Below are positions 46,189 to 56,251 of a stretch of DNA of 64,000 bases, piece after piece (position 1 is the stretch's first letter; each line of letters opens with the position of its first letter). Made by a program: the position numbers and the translations under genes. The notes beneath the pieces were generated by a model. That model was not told where the DNA came from, ran no database searches, and saw only the letters and a list, made by a program, of their open reading frames with translations. The DNA is from Chthonomonadales bacterium. GTDB taxonomy: Bacteria; Armatimonadota; Chthonomonadetes; Chthonomonadales; CAJBBX01. Where the stretch lies: positions 38,220-102,219 of the forward strand of contig DAIDHP010000007.1 of NCBI GenBank assembly GCA_027459625.1. Direction: 5' to 3'.

Positions 46189-48240
46189 ATGTTTGAAATC
46201 ATACGAAAGAAATACCTGCTCCAAGGGATCATGTTATTATTCACCTTTGGAGTTTCCGTAACTGCGATGTCTGCGGAACTCCCGAAAACGCCAAGCGATA
46301 TCACCCTTTTTACCGTGAACGAGTTCGAAGGACAGCCGGGGGAGTTGCAACTCTCCCTTTCCGTTCCCTCTCAATGCTGGGTGCGTCCTCTGTTCAAATG
46401 GGCGAACGCACCCAACCTTCAACCCATCCCGGGTTACATTGCGGATGCGCATAAGGTCGGCGCGCTCTTTGGCGGCGGTGTGACATGCTCCGCCCTCTAT
46501 CAGCACGAAAACGGGATCACGGAGAGCCAGTTCATGGATATGGCGACGCGAGATCCCTTCGGCAAGCTTTATATGATATCCAACAGCTACTATCATGGCT
46601 CGCTGGAAAATCCTGCATACCGTAAATATGTGCTGAAGTGGGCGGAGGCTCAGATAGACGTTGGAGTGGATACGCTCTTCATGGATGAGGTCAACGGCGC
46701 CTATTCCTGGAACGAGGGATATGATTTTTATGGCTTGGCGGCGTTCCGTGAGTATCTTTTCAACCGATACGTGAAAAAGGCGCATTGGAGCGTGACGGAT
46801 AAACGATGGCGTACCATTTACAAAGTGGATTTCAACGATCCAAACGAATGTCCGGACCACACCATCAGAACATTCGATTACGCAGCCTACCTACGCGTTA
46901 ACAGGTGGGCGTCCAATCCTGACCAATCCGCAAATCCCTTCCTGAACGTGTGGGGGTCTCCCGCAGATATCTCCGGAGACAGCTATTCCGCATGGAGAAA
47001 CAACACCACATGGCGTTATTGGGTGGATCATCTTCGGGCATACGCCAAGGAGACACACCACCGTGTATGGATCGCAGCCAATGGTTTGAACAAGTGGGTG
47101 GATTTCCAAATATCCGGAGTGTGGGGCAATTTCCCGCCAATTGTGAACGGTAACATGGACTGTACTGTCTCCTATTTACCGACTTGGCGCGCCTTGTATA
47201 ATCGAAGCAAGGAGCTTCTTCACGGGAGAGACACTTCCATTATGGTCTTCCATGACTGGGGAGACGGAATGCCGTGGATGAATTTAACCGACGACCAGCG
47301 GGTGGCGTGGTTGCACGCATACGAGCCGGAGATTTTCGCTTCAGGGCTTTTCTTCGCATTTCCGGTTCACGGTCCCTTCAATTGTGACGCTTCGACGAAC
47401 GGCACGCTTAGTATCATCAAGCATCAAGCCAAATTCGTTGAATCCATCGCTCCGCTACTGCATCATGTCACATGGGAGGATCCGAGCCTCGGCAGCTTTA
47501 CGGGAAATGCGGAAATCACCATTCAGGCGCAGCCACAATATAAGCGATTGATTGTGCATCTGATAAATCGGAATTACAAAGGAATGTCGCCTATCGAGAA
47601 AATAAACGGCGTCCTGAAGGTGGCATTGATTCAAACGCCAAGCAAGATCATCCTGCATGATGCGGATACGGGCGCCTCCCAAATACTCAAGGGGGAATAT
47701 TTGAGCAATGAGCGACTTCCCCAAAGCCTGCATTCCGGTGTCATATCCTTGCGAATACCCGATTTAAGGACGTGGGATGTTGTGGAGTTGGAGTTGCGCC
47801 GCTGGGTCGCCATGCCTCCGTTAAGCGTCATCACCATTCCATGCTCGCCTAATTGGAGTCGACCGACGGAAAATCTCTTCAAGGTGAGCCAATCCACGAA
47901 CTACTCCTTGGATTTGAACGGATTTGTACAGGGACAATTACATCCGGATCTGCGCAACAACCCAACCTTCCTTGTGCACTTCAAGCAGCCATCCGTTTTT
48001 CAAATTCACGTCAACTCGGTGGCAACGGCGGGCGGGGAGTTGATCGTGAAATTGGACGGTAAAAGAGCGTTGACGAAGATGATCGCCGATAAGGATGGTA
48101 AGAACGATTCCAATGCGGAGGAGATCAATCATACCTATTCCGTTCGCGTTCCCGCAGGCGATCACCGCATAAAAGTGGATAACATCGGTGGGGATTGGTT
48201 TACAGTGGATTGGTATCGTTTCAAATTGATCCTCCATTGA
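46189..48240 (+). CDS. secreted protein of unknown function (possibly glycoside-hydrolase-like barrel)
   Basis: 683 aa with a signal peptide (IMLLFTFGVSVTAMSA) and a strong SD (GGGAGGAAAGG). The Trp/Tyr-rich central region (DTLFMDEVNGAYSWNEGYDFYG) hints at a carbohydrate-active fold. I recognise no diagnostic motif. Confidence 0.5.
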   Translation: MFEIIRKKYLLQGIMLLFTFGVSVTAMSAELPKTPSDITLFTVNEFEGQPGELQLSLSVPSQCWVRPLFKWANAPNLQPIPGYIADAHKVGALFGGGVTCSALYQHENGITESQFMDMATRDPFGKLYMISNSYYHGSLENPAYRKYVLKWAEAQIDVGVDTLFMDEVNGAYSWNEGYDFYGLAAFREYLFNRYVKKAHWSVTDKRWRTIYKVDFNDPNECPDHTIRTFDYAAYLRVNRWASNPDQSANPFLNVWGSPADISGDSYSAWRNNTTWRYWVDHLRAYAKETHHRVWIAANGLNKWVDFQISGVWGNFPPIVNGNMDCTVSYLPTWRALYNRSKELLHGRDTSIMVFHDWGDGMPWMNLTDDQRVAWLHAYEPEIFASGLFFAFPVHGPFNCDASTNGTLSIIKHQAKFVESIAPLLHHVTWEDPSLGSFTGNAEITIQAQPQYKRLIVHLINRNYKGMSPIEKINGVLKVALIQTPSKIILHDADTGASQILKGEYLSNERLPQSLHSGVISLRIPDLRTWDVVELELRRWVAMPPLSVITIPCSPNWSRPTENLFKVSQSTNYSLDLNGFVQGQLHPDLRNNPTFLVHFKQPSVFQIHVNSVATAGGELIVKLDGKRALTKMIADKDGKNDSNAEEINHTYSVRVPAGDHRIKVDNIGGDWFTVDWYRFKLILH

Positions 48241-48261
48241 TTGGGAAGATAAAACTGAACA

Positions 48262-48295
48262 TTCAACAAACAAGGGAAAGCGTCATCGCTTTCCC
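48262..48295 (-). terminator. terminator hairpin between convergent genes
   Basis: 9-bp stem GGGAAAGCG-TCAT-CGCTTTCCC (48274-48295). On the minus strand it is followed by TTGTTTGTTG, downstream of the PEP-CTERM gene. Confidence 0.6.
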
Positions 48296-48328
48296 CGATT
48301 GGAGCATAGGATTAAATAAAGCCGATGA

Positions 48329-49201
48329 CTATGCGAATTTTCTTCGGAAGAACATCCCCAAGCCACTCAATCCCATACCAAATAGCATGGTGAGCGTTCC
48401 GGGTTCAGGGACGTTTACGGGTCCGTTCAAGCGGATATTGTCCACCAATAATGCGCTTGGCACGCCGCTATCACTTTGGTTTGACGCCACGAAAAACAGT
48501 TGATAAGAGCCGGGGGAGGGCATATAGGTTGAGGTGATCCAACCGCTTGAACCAGTGTACTCCCCATACGCGTCAGTGGAGTTGGGTCCATAGAGAATGC
48601 CGTTTACCGCCCCGGTGGTGTTTCCATCCATATTTCCTGTGCCGGGTGAGAGTGACACACCAGCGGTAATTGGGGGTAGGCCCGCTAAGGAGTTATTATC
48701 GGGCACCACTTGCGGAGAGGAGTTATTAGCTGAACTTGCATTATACATGGTAGCTACAACATTATTATTTGACGAGTTCAGTAACTGAACGTAGGCGAAA
48801 TCCGCGAAAAGTCCGCCACTACTGGGCTCTCCGTCGCTGGAGAGATAGTTCAAGTCCAGGGAGAGGCTATCCCCTGAAGGAACATTAAATGAAGAAGATA
48901 AGAGGGTGCTGCCTACGGTTGCACCAGAGACGTTCGTAAAAGTGGTGCTCACTGGCGCTGCGTTATTGATACGCGTATAAGTGGAACTGCCCCCGTTATC
49001 AATATACGCGAAGCTATTCCCCTGAGTTGGAGAGATATCGGTCACCGCCCCTTGAGTGCCGACAAGCCCTTGCACCGTCCATGATGCGGGAATTCCGGAT
49101 TCAAACCCTTGCAAGAGTTGCGACCTCCCAGGTGAACTGGAGAACAGGAAAAGACCCAGCACTGCAACGCTTACCGCCGTAATTCTACTGCATTTCATCA
49201 T
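48329..49201 (-). CDS. PEP-CTERM sorting-domain secreted protein
   Basis: 290 aa with a signal peptide and a Ser/Asn/Gly-rich body. The C-terminus VPEPGTLTMLFGMGLSGLGMFFRRKFA has the PEP motif, a TM helix and a basic tail. Confidence 0.85.
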   Translation of the reverse strand: MMKCSRITAVSVAVLGLFLFSSSPGRSQLLQGFESGIPASWTVQGLVGTQGAVTDISPTQGNSFAYIDNGGSSTYTRINNAAPVSTTFTNVSGATVGSTLLSSSFNVPSGDSLSLDLNYLSSDGEPSSGGLFADFAYVQLLNSSNNNVVATMYNASSANNSSPQVVPDNNSLAGLPPITAGVSLSPGTGNMDGNTTGAVNGILYGPNSTDAYGEYTGSSGWITSTYMPSPGSYQLFFVASNQSDSGVPSALLVDNIRLNGPVNVPEPGTLTMLFGMGLSGLGMFFRRKFA

Positions 49202-49741
49202 GATACGCCCCTTTCCTGAGTAATCCCATGATGTTGGGTGAATGAGATTGAATAATATGGGAGTTGCACATCCATGAATATGGTAAGGCTACTCTCAGTG
49301 TGAACTTGATGGATCAAGCACATACATAAACTCTATATTGCATATCTCATGCCAAACAAAAAAAAATAACAACATTATACATTACAAATTAAATAAACCT
49401 TTCTCTAGTGAATGGCGGGGCGTATTCAATGCATAGGTATCTTTCCAAAACCATATCAAGCGAACTACCATATCACCGATCTTGATGGATACTGCATCAG
49501 AAAATAATTTAATCATGTTAATCAAACTTTGAAAACAGAGGAATCAAGCTATTGTGAAGTGAGTCACAATATGAAACCGGAGAGCAACCCCAATGCGAAC
49601 AAAGGCATACACAATTGTAGATAAATTGCCGAGCGCAGGTCGGATTTTCGCGATGTTCATTTTCATCCTTGGATTGGGGAGGTTAACAACCCGCTAAATC
49701 CATTCGACCATGCAACCTGATAGCCATCGCGAACTCCCGGC

Positions 49742-49903
49742 ATGATGGGGAGCAATTACGCAATCGCAGACGGACACGCTAAATGGCAGATGTTCACTCA
49801 GGCGACAAAACCTTTTAATAGTTATGAGTTGTACGAGGAGTTTCAGACATTCTATGGTTCGCCGACGAGAGGATTGGGAAAAAAACTCCTGTCCCAACAG
49901 TAA
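49742..49903 (+). pseudogene. C-terminal remnant of a DUF1559 (H-X9-DG) gene
   Basis: A 53-codon frame (MMGSNYAIADGHAKWQMFTQ...) carries the same xDGHxKW tail as the two intact DUF1559 genes. The upstream frame is closed by stops (TGA TAG). Confidence 0.4.
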
Positions 49904-49967
49904 CATTAATGATGGGACACGAATTATCCGAACCGGAACCGTCAGATCACTATGCGGCTTGGGGTGA

Positions 49968-50339
49968 TTATTTATTACCTGCGGAGGGGTGAAAATATGG
50001 AATGACGCTATGCGGCGGATACTCTTTTGTGATCCTGTGCACTATTCGAAATATCTCATCCTGAGTAGGCAAACGGTGATGCGTGCGAATGAACAGATTA
50101 ATTTTCGCATTTATCCGTTCACCCAACTGTAACTGTCTCATCTCGATTTCGCGATTTTTTGGGCTCATTGGCGGCGGCGGCGGTGCGAAAAGAGCTTGGG
50201 TGTCGTATTTGTCGCCCATGGGGTTGCCTGCAGGAATAAGTTGGCTGACGAAGGCAAGAAGGATGATGAACGCTATCGGCGTCACCAAAAGAAATATGGC
50301 GGGGTGAGTTTTTTTCCTTTGCGGCTCAATTGGGTTCAT
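49968..50339 (-). CDS. small membrane-anchored protein, unknown function
   Basis: 123 aa with one TM helix (AIFLLVTPIAFIILLAFVSQLI) and a Pro-rich linker. AGGAGGG SD 7 nt upstream of the ATG. Confidence 0.6.
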   Translation of the reverse strand: MNPIEPQRKKTHPAIFLLVTPIAFIILLAFVSQLIPAGNPMGDKYDTQALFAPPPPPMSPKNREIEMRQLQLGERINAKINLFIRTHHRLPTQDEIFRIVHRITKEYPPHSVIPYFHPSAGNK

Positions 50340-50430
50340 ATCCTATCCCTCCTGTGATGATCCTGATACCCTATTATACAGGTTATCATTCCGGGATTAC
50401 TTCATATTCCCACATGAGATTTAGTTTGAA

Positions 50431-50465
50431 TAAAAATCCGGCTGTCGGTATATACCGACAGCCGG
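50431..50465 (-). terminator. rho-independent terminator
   Basis: Perfect palindrome CCGGCTGTCGGTATATACCGACAGCCGG (50438-50465), followed on the minus strand by ATTTTTATT. Confidence 0.75.
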
Positions 50466-50489
50466 TGGAGCGTTTTATCGGATAGTCCC

Positions 50490-50531
50490 CTACCGAAGCC
50501 CAGCTCCGGGGGCGGATTCAGCAATAGACAT
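50490..50531 (-). CDS. candidate 13-codon small ORF (MSIAESAPGAGLR)
   Basis: GGAAGGAGGTG (50547..50537) lies 5 nt upstream of ATG 50531. The stop is 25 nt before the terminator stem. There is no homology evidence. Confidence 0.2.
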   Translation of the reverse strand: MSIAESAPGAGLR

Positions 50532-50726
50532 GAACCCACCTCCTTCCGAGGCACAGTGAAGCGGACGCCTCACTCTTTATAACGTAAAATCCTCAAATAA
50601 AGTTCTACAGAGTTTCCATTATCACGCGTATCTCACACATCCTCGCCCCACATTGGATAATCCGCAACGAAATATGAATTCATGACATCATTTCCATCGG
50701 TGCTTGGAAATCATAAAAGTTGGTTT

Positions 50727-52982
50727 CTACAACCCTTCCGCCGGTCCCTTCCACACGCTTCCGCCGAACGTGGTGGCGAAGATCGCATTTGGCTCCCTTG
50801 GATCGAAAGCGATTCTCTGTACGTTTCCAAATGGCATGTCGCTTACAGGCATCCAAGTTTTCCCGTTGTCCTTGCTCAGCCACAAGCCCGCTCCCGGGGC
50901 ATCTTCGGTCAAGGTCATGTATATCCATCCAGGATGGAATGGGCTGAGATAGGCGCCGAAGGTTTGCGGTCCTTTGCGTGCCAGCAGTTTCCAAGTCGCT
51001 CCACCATCCGTGGTGCGATATAGCCCACCCTGCTTTTCACCCTTCGCATCGCAAGCTCCAACATAGATTATTTTGCTATTGTGCGGGTCCACGGTGAAGT
51101 CCTTTGGCCAGTAGAGAGGATGGGTTCGATTGATCCAAGTCCATGAGTTGCGTTTCGGATCGAACCGGTATAACCCTACGCCATCCATCCTGTATTCCCC
51201 CCCCTGACGCAATGCGGTGACCAAGGCGAAGAGAGAGCCGTCCGGATGCAGGTAAATCCGACAAACGCGAAGGTTTACCTTGGAACCCAAACCAGTATTA
51301 ATGGCATGCCACGTAGCGCCGCTGTCCGTGGATTTGAACACTCCGCCGCCAAATTGACCCGCGTAGAGGGTTCTGGAGTTCACCGGACTTCGCGGATCTA
51401 TCACGATGGAGGTGGTCGCCTTGGGAGGAAGTCCAATCGAGCAGGGTTTCCATTTGGCGCCGTAATCCGTGCTGACGCAGACACCCCCCGGAAGGTCGCT
51501 GCGATGCCTGCCGGAGATGATGTTATCGTTTGGGATATCGTGCACGTCGGAAAAGGCTCCCCATATCTTGCCGGGTATTTTGGGATCGAAAGCCAGTTGG
51601 TAGCAGGTGTTCTCCCACGGGGGACGCCCATTTCGCGCCCACCATTCCCAGGTTTTGCCGCCATCCAAGGAGCGGGCGAATCCGAGGTCCGTATAACAGA
51701 TGTATCGAATATTCGGTATAAAGGGGTCCACATAGTAATTCCATGTGGTCGTTATCACCAAACCGTTGCATATCCATTTTGCTAAATTGTTTGACGTGTC
51801 GCGTTCCGGAGCCCGCCTTGTGAAACACAACATCCAGTAGTTTCCGCCATCGGTGGTCACATAGCAGCAACCGTTCATGAATGCAAAGATATGGATCGGA
51901 TTGTGGGGATCGACCACTGGAACTATAACGTCCTGAAAATACTGTCCGTTTGCATCCACCATATAGTCCGGCGGAACGTTGCAGTTCGGAAAACGCGGGT
52001 CCGCTTGAAACACCGGTTTCCATGTGGCACCGGCGTCGGATGAGCGAAAGATCGTGCAGTTGTGCGGGGGAGGGACACCGGTGCTTGAGTTCGATGCATA
52101 GACAATCCTTGGGTTGGCGTCAGAAGACGCAACATAGCGGTATTGCGCCACGGGTCCCATCGCCCATTGATCGAAGGCTTTCGTATCCAAGTTCAACCCA
52201 GCGCCATTGATGCATTCCCAACTGTCGCCTCTGTTTGTTGACCGATAAATACCTCCGTGGTATCGCCCGTTCAATGTTGTCGCCTTTACGGTGCAGTATA
52301 AGAAAAGACCATTGCGCGGGTTGGAGGCGCCATAAAACGACAGAATTGCCGAGGGTGGAAGCCCGTTGGTGATGGATATCCAGGTTTTACCCTCATCATC
52401 CGAACGCCATACACCCTCATCCGTTGCGGCGTAGCATGAGGTGGAGTATCGAGGCTGATCGTTCTCGAAGCAAAAGGCTATGGGGGTTCCCATCGGGCCT
52501 TGGCATCGGGTCCAATGGAGCCCTCCATTCAGTGAGATGCAGCATCCGCCGTTGGAGCCGACCAGCATTTCGTTCGAATTCATTGGATTTATTGCGATTT
52601 CCCCTTGCAGATTGCCGGGGAGGTCTCCAATGTCGTTCCAATTCTTGCCCCCGTCGTGGCTTACCTTCATCCCCGCCCACCCGTTTGCTGCGAAGATGGT
52701 ATTGGGATCCTTGGGGGCGAATGCCGGGGAGCACTGCGTGCTTGAGACAAGCTGGAGATGATTGATCATGCGCCATGTCATGCCGTCATCATCGGAGAGG
52801 TACGCGGCGCTCATGTCGCAATTGATCATGAGCCTGTTGGGATGGGTTGGGCTCATCGCCGCTGCGAACAGACCGCCACCTCCGGAAAGACCTATTGGTT
52901 TCCATTGAGCCTGGGCTGGGGATGAGGCGGCAGTGTAAAGCATAAGAGGAATTGCAAGCGATAATAATAGGTGTTTAGGCAT
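50727..52982 (-). CDS. secreted BNR/Asp-box repeat beta-propeller protein (sialidase/GH74/sortilin-like fold)
   Basis: 12 Asp-box motifs (SDDDGMTW, SHDGGKNW, SDDEGKTW, SSDAGATW, SLDGGKTW, STDSGATW, TTDGGATW, SKDNGKTW, etc.). Start placed at ATG 52982 (AAGGAGG SD, signal peptide LLLSLAIPLMLYTAASSPAQA). Confidence 0.8.
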   Translation of the reverse strand: MPKHLLLSLAIPLMLYTAASSPAQAQWKPIGLSGGGGLFAAAMSPTHPNRLMINCDMSAAYLSDDDGMTWRMINHLQLVSSTQCSPAFAPKDPNTIFAANGWAGMKVSHDGGKNWNDIGDLPGNLQGEIAINPMNSNEMLVGSNGGCCISLNGGLHWTRCQGPMGTPIAFCFENDQPRYSTSCYAATDEGVWRSDDEGKTWISITNGLPPSAILSFYGASNPRNGLFLYCTVKATTLNGRYHGGIYRSTNRGDSWECINGAGLNLDTKAFDQWAMGPVAQYRYVASSDANPRIVYASNSSTGVPPPHNCTIFRSSDAGATWKPVFQADPRFPNCNVPPDYMVDANGQYFQDVIVPVVDPHNPIHIFAFMNGCCYVTTDGGNYWMLCFTRRAPERDTSNNLAKWICNGLVITTTWNYYVDPFIPNIRYICYTDLGFARSLDGGKTWEWWARNGRPPWENTCYQLAFDPKIPGKIWGAFSDVHDIPNDNIISGRHRSDLPGGVCVSTDYGAKWKPCSIGLPPKATTSIVIDPRSPVNSRTLYAGQFGGGVFKSTDSGATWHAINTGLGSKVNLRVCRIYLHPDGSLFALVTALRQGGEYRMDGVGLYRFDPKRNSWTWINRTHPLYWPKDFTVDPHNSKIIYVGACDAKGEKQGGLYRTTDGGATWKLLARKGPQTFGAYLSPFHPGWIYMTLTEDAPGAGLWLSKDNGKTWMPVSDMPFGNVQRIAFDPREPNAIFATTFGGSVWKGPAEGL

Positions 52983-53115
52983 ATCATATCCTCCTTTGAC
53001 AGTTGGGCGGAGAGAAAAGAACGGACAATGCATTCACCCATCATTATATCGCACCCTATTGGTCGAAGACAAAAAATCCGGCGCGAAACTTCGCGCCGGA
53101 TTAACTATGCACTGT

Positions 53116-54537
53116 TTACGGGAAAACCTCGCCTTCCTGCTTGGCGAACACCGCATTTGGAACCACATCCTTTTCCGTAATCGGCTCCAAACCCAGCACT
53201 TGAGCGCGACTGATCTTGTAGACCTTTTGCAGTATTCTGTCAGGCGGTGCACCCGGAATTGGGGATTTCACCGTCCAAAGATAATGCTTGTCGGTCATAC
53301 CCTCTCCGCTCCAGCCAAATTTATCCTGGATGAAGGGCGAAGTCTGGCGAGGATCGAAGTAAAACACCAGCCAGTAATAGGGTCGGGAGAAGCTATACAT
53401 GGTTGGATCGCGGCTCATATCGATTTTCCGACCCCACTTCCCATTGATAACGGAGTGCTGATCCCACATGATGGTTTGGGATTCGTCAATATCAAAGGTG
53501 AAATGTGTTAGCTTTTCAGGATGCCAGTCATAATCGAACAGTTCGATCGTGACGCGCGCCCCGTTGCCCACATTGAATTGTCCGTTTGGCATAAGCACCT
53601 TCGGCTGAATGAACACGGGATGGCAGTTAAAGGCGCAATTCCAAGGATTTGACGTGGCTGCAGGGCGTGGTTTCCCTGCGTCAGGCCCTTTGGTGAAGAT
53701 ATATGCATCATCCGGATAGGGTTGCCCTGTCTGCGGATTGAAGCTCTTGGTCATTTTGCGATCGATGGCGAAATTGATCTCATGCGTGTAGCGGCTGTAA
53801 AGTCGCTTGAGATTGATCTCCCAGTTATGCTCTTCCGTGTCCCGCAGGTTGCGGGTGCTGAAGTCCTTGGGGTTCAGTTTCAGTTTCGCGTTGCTGATGG
53901 CGAGGGCTTGCTGCCAAACCGCGAGCGCCTCTTTAATTCGCCCCTGATGTTCAAGAGAGTGCGCTAACTGATGCCAAACGAATATCGGAGCGGATTTCGT
54001 GGCGTGCCCGCTGCTGTCCTGCGACTTAAGAGTTGTTGCAATCCTAAACCACTTTTCCGCGCGTATGTAGTTCTTCATTTTATCCGAACTCTCCCAACCG
54101 ATTTCAAACGGAATGTCGTAAACCGTGGGATTGTTCTCGTAACCCTCCTCCAGAAGTTTTTGCGCGGCGGGGATGTAGCGGCGATCGCCACGCTGATCGG
54201 AGTCGGTGAAGTTATAGGACATATGCCATGCGCCAGTGATATAGACATCAATCTCATGGGGGTCCAGCCAAGTCACCATTCGCACCAGTGGCAGAATGGC
54301 GTCGTAATCCCCGGAATCGAAAAACTCATCCGCTCGAATCCAGAGTAATCCGGCAACCGCCTGAGATAACCCCAGCATCGGTCCGAGAATGAATTCATTG
54401 GAAAGTCCGGAAAATACCGTGTGCTCCCCTTTGTGGATCTCGGCGATTTTGGGATCCATGATATGTTGTATCAGGATTGTCAGGAGGAACAACGGGGCCA
54501 GCGCCATTATTAACTTTCTGCGCGTAGCTACGCTCAT
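53116..54537 (-). CDS. membrane-anchored protein of unknown function (helical-repeat N-domain, beta-rich C-domain)
   Basis: 473 aa with an N-terminal TM helix (LIMALAPLFLLTILI). The start is 10 nt after the ABC-2 permease stop and has an AAGGAG SD. I recognise no diagnostic motif. Confidence 0.55.
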   Translation of the reverse strand: MSVATRRKLIMALAPLFLLTILIQHIMDPKIAEIHKGEHTVFSGLSNEFILGPMLGLSQAVAGLLWIRADEFFDSGDYDAILPLVRMVTWLDPHEIDVYITGAWHMSYNFTDSDQRGDRRYIPAAQKLLEEGYENNPTVYDIPFEIGWESSDKMKNYIRAEKWFRIATTLKSQDSSGHATKSAPIFVWHQLAHSLEHQGRIKEALAVWQQALAISNAKLKLNPKDFSTRNLRDTEEHNWEINLKRLYSRYTHEINFAIDRKMTKSFNPQTGQPYPDDAYIFTKGPDAGKPRPAATSNPWNCAFNCHPVFIQPKVLMPNGQFNVGNGARVTIELFDYDWHPEKLTHFTFDIDESQTIMWDQHSVINGKWGRKIDMSRDPTMYSFSRPYYWLVFYFDPRQTSPFIQDKFGWSGEGMTDKHYLWTVKSPIPGAPPDRILQKVYKISRAQVLGLEPITEKDVVPNAVFAKQEGEVFP

Positions 54538-54547
54538 CGTTTTCTCC

Positions 54548-55315
54548 TTACACTTCCCGCTTGTCGAACACCAGTATCGCCAATATCAGCAACACCGCTG
54601 AGTATATTAAGGCGTAAACGATATTCTGCATGATAAAAACATTCTCATTGCTGATTTCAACGGTCGGGTTGATCAGCTTGTTTTGAATGTTGAAGTTGCC
54701 AAAGTTGGGCAAAACGAAATGGATGATGTTCGCCATTATCTTCGTTGCGGGGTTTGGGTTGTTCGTAAGCGATTCCGTAACGGATGATAGATTTCCGACG
54801 ATGAAGATCGCGAAGGTTACGAAGAAATTCACGACCGGCGTCAGGAAGGTGCTGAAGAATATCGCCATCGCCCCCAGCAACATCATCTGGAAGAATGTGA
54901 GCATCACTCCTTTCACCATTTCCGCCGCGAGGTGTTTCTCCTGATACCATAGAACGCCTAGGAACACGACCCCCATGGCGGCGATCATTACGAAAACGGT
55001 GAACAATCCTCCAAGGAATTTACCGAGGACGAACTCATAGCGTTGAACCGGTTTGGATAACACCGTGTAGATGGTTCGTCGCTCGATTTCGGTGGGAATA
55101 ACTTGAATGCTGGAGAGAATGGTTATCAGCAACCCTCCTATCATGATCATCGCCAACCCAAGGCTCCGTAGAATTGAGGAGCTCTCCCTCGGGCTGAGGA
55201 AGCTTACGGACGGTCCGATCGCTATCATGCCAACCGTAACGATTAGCAGAATCAGCAACACTTTGCGCCGAAGCATATCATCCAAGGTCTGCTTTGCAAT
55301 CGCAAGGGTGACCAT
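54548..55315 (-). CDS. ABC-2 type transporter permease
   Basis: 255 aa with six hydrophobic segments. It lies immediately downstream of the ABC ATPase (3-nt gap). Confidence 0.75.
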   Translation of the reverse strand: MVTLAIAKQTLDDMLRRKVLLILLIVTVGMIAIGPSVSFLSPRESSSILRSLGLAMIMIGGLLITILSSIQVIPTEIERRTIYTVLSKPVQRYEFVLGKFLGGLFTVFVMIAAMGVVFLGVLWYQEKHLAAEMVKGVMLTFFQMMLLGAMAIFFSTFLTPVVNFFVTFAIFIVGNLSSVTESLTNNPNPATKIMANIIHFVLPNFGNFNIQNKLINPTVEISNENVFIMQNIVYALIYSAVLLILAILVFDKREV

Positions 55316-55318
55316 ATC

Positions 55319-56251
55319 CTAAATGCCTCCCTCTTTCAACACAGTATCCACGAATACCTCCTCCAAGGTGCGCCTATGCGGCATCACCGCGATGATCGTC
55401 GCCTTTGCAGAGCGAATGATATCCAGAATATCCGTTACATTCCGCTCATCAGCGGAAGGAATTCGGATATGGGTGTCGTTAACCTCCACGATGTCGGCCA
55501 TTGACTTGATTTTCTCCAAAGCCCCGTTCAGTTTCCCTTCGGCACGAATTTCGACTTTCTCCCCGGCGGTGAGATCATTAATCGTGCCGGTTGTGAGCAG
55601 TTTTCCTTGATGAATGATGGCGACTCTTGAGCACACCAATTCGACGTCGGGGAGTTGATGGGAACTAAGGAACACGGTTTTCCCTTTTTTGCCCACATTC
55701 ACGATGATTTCGCGTAATTCAGAATGGGCGATAGGGTCGAGACCGGATGTCGGCTCATCCAAAAAGAGCAGTTTGGGATCGTTAATCAAAGCTTGCGCAA
55801 TGCCGATTCTTTGCAGCATACCCTTGGAGTAACCGTGCAATGGGCGTTGCCAAGCCTTGGGGTCGAGATGAACATCCTCCAGGCACTCCTTAACTCTTTT
55901 ACTTCGCACCGGTTCCGAAATGTGAAAGAGTTTGGCGTAAAAGTCCATCACATCCCAACCGGTCATGTTTTCATAAAAGTATGGGTTTTCAGGAAGATAG
56001 CTTGTTTGAGTTTTAGTGGCGGTGTCGCCCAGTGGGTGCCCCAAAACCGTGGCGGTGCCGGATGTCGGAAAAATCAAACCAAGCAGCATTTTGATGGTGG
56101 TTGTTTTTCCGGCTCCGTTTCTGCCAAGGAAACCGAATATTTCGCCTTCCTCCACATCAATCTCGAGATTGTCCACTGCGGTTATCTCTGATTTGTTAAA
56201 AACATCCAGGTACTTTTTCGTCAAGCCTTGGATGCTGACAGCGGCAGGCAT
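55319..56251 (-). CDS. ABC transporter ATP-binding protein
   Basis: Walker A GRNGAGKTTT, signature YSKGMLQRIG and Walker B LLFLDEPTSGLD. AAGGAGGT SD. Confidence 0.9.
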   Translation of the reverse strand: MPAAVSIQGLTKKYLDVFNKSEITAVDNLEIDVEEGEIFGFLGRNGAGKTTTIKMLLGLIFPTSGTATVLGHPLGDTATKTQTSYLPENPYFYENMTGWDVMDFYAKLFHISEPVRSKRVKECLEDVHLDPKAWQRPLHGYSKGMLQRIGIAQALINDPKLLFLDEPTSGLDPIAHSELREIIVNVGKKGKTVFLSSHQLPDVELVCSRVAIIHQGKLLTTGTINDLTAGEKVEIRAEGKLNGALEKIKSMADIVEVNDTHIRIPSADERNVTDILDIIRSAKATIIAVMPHRRTLEEVFVDTVLKEGGI

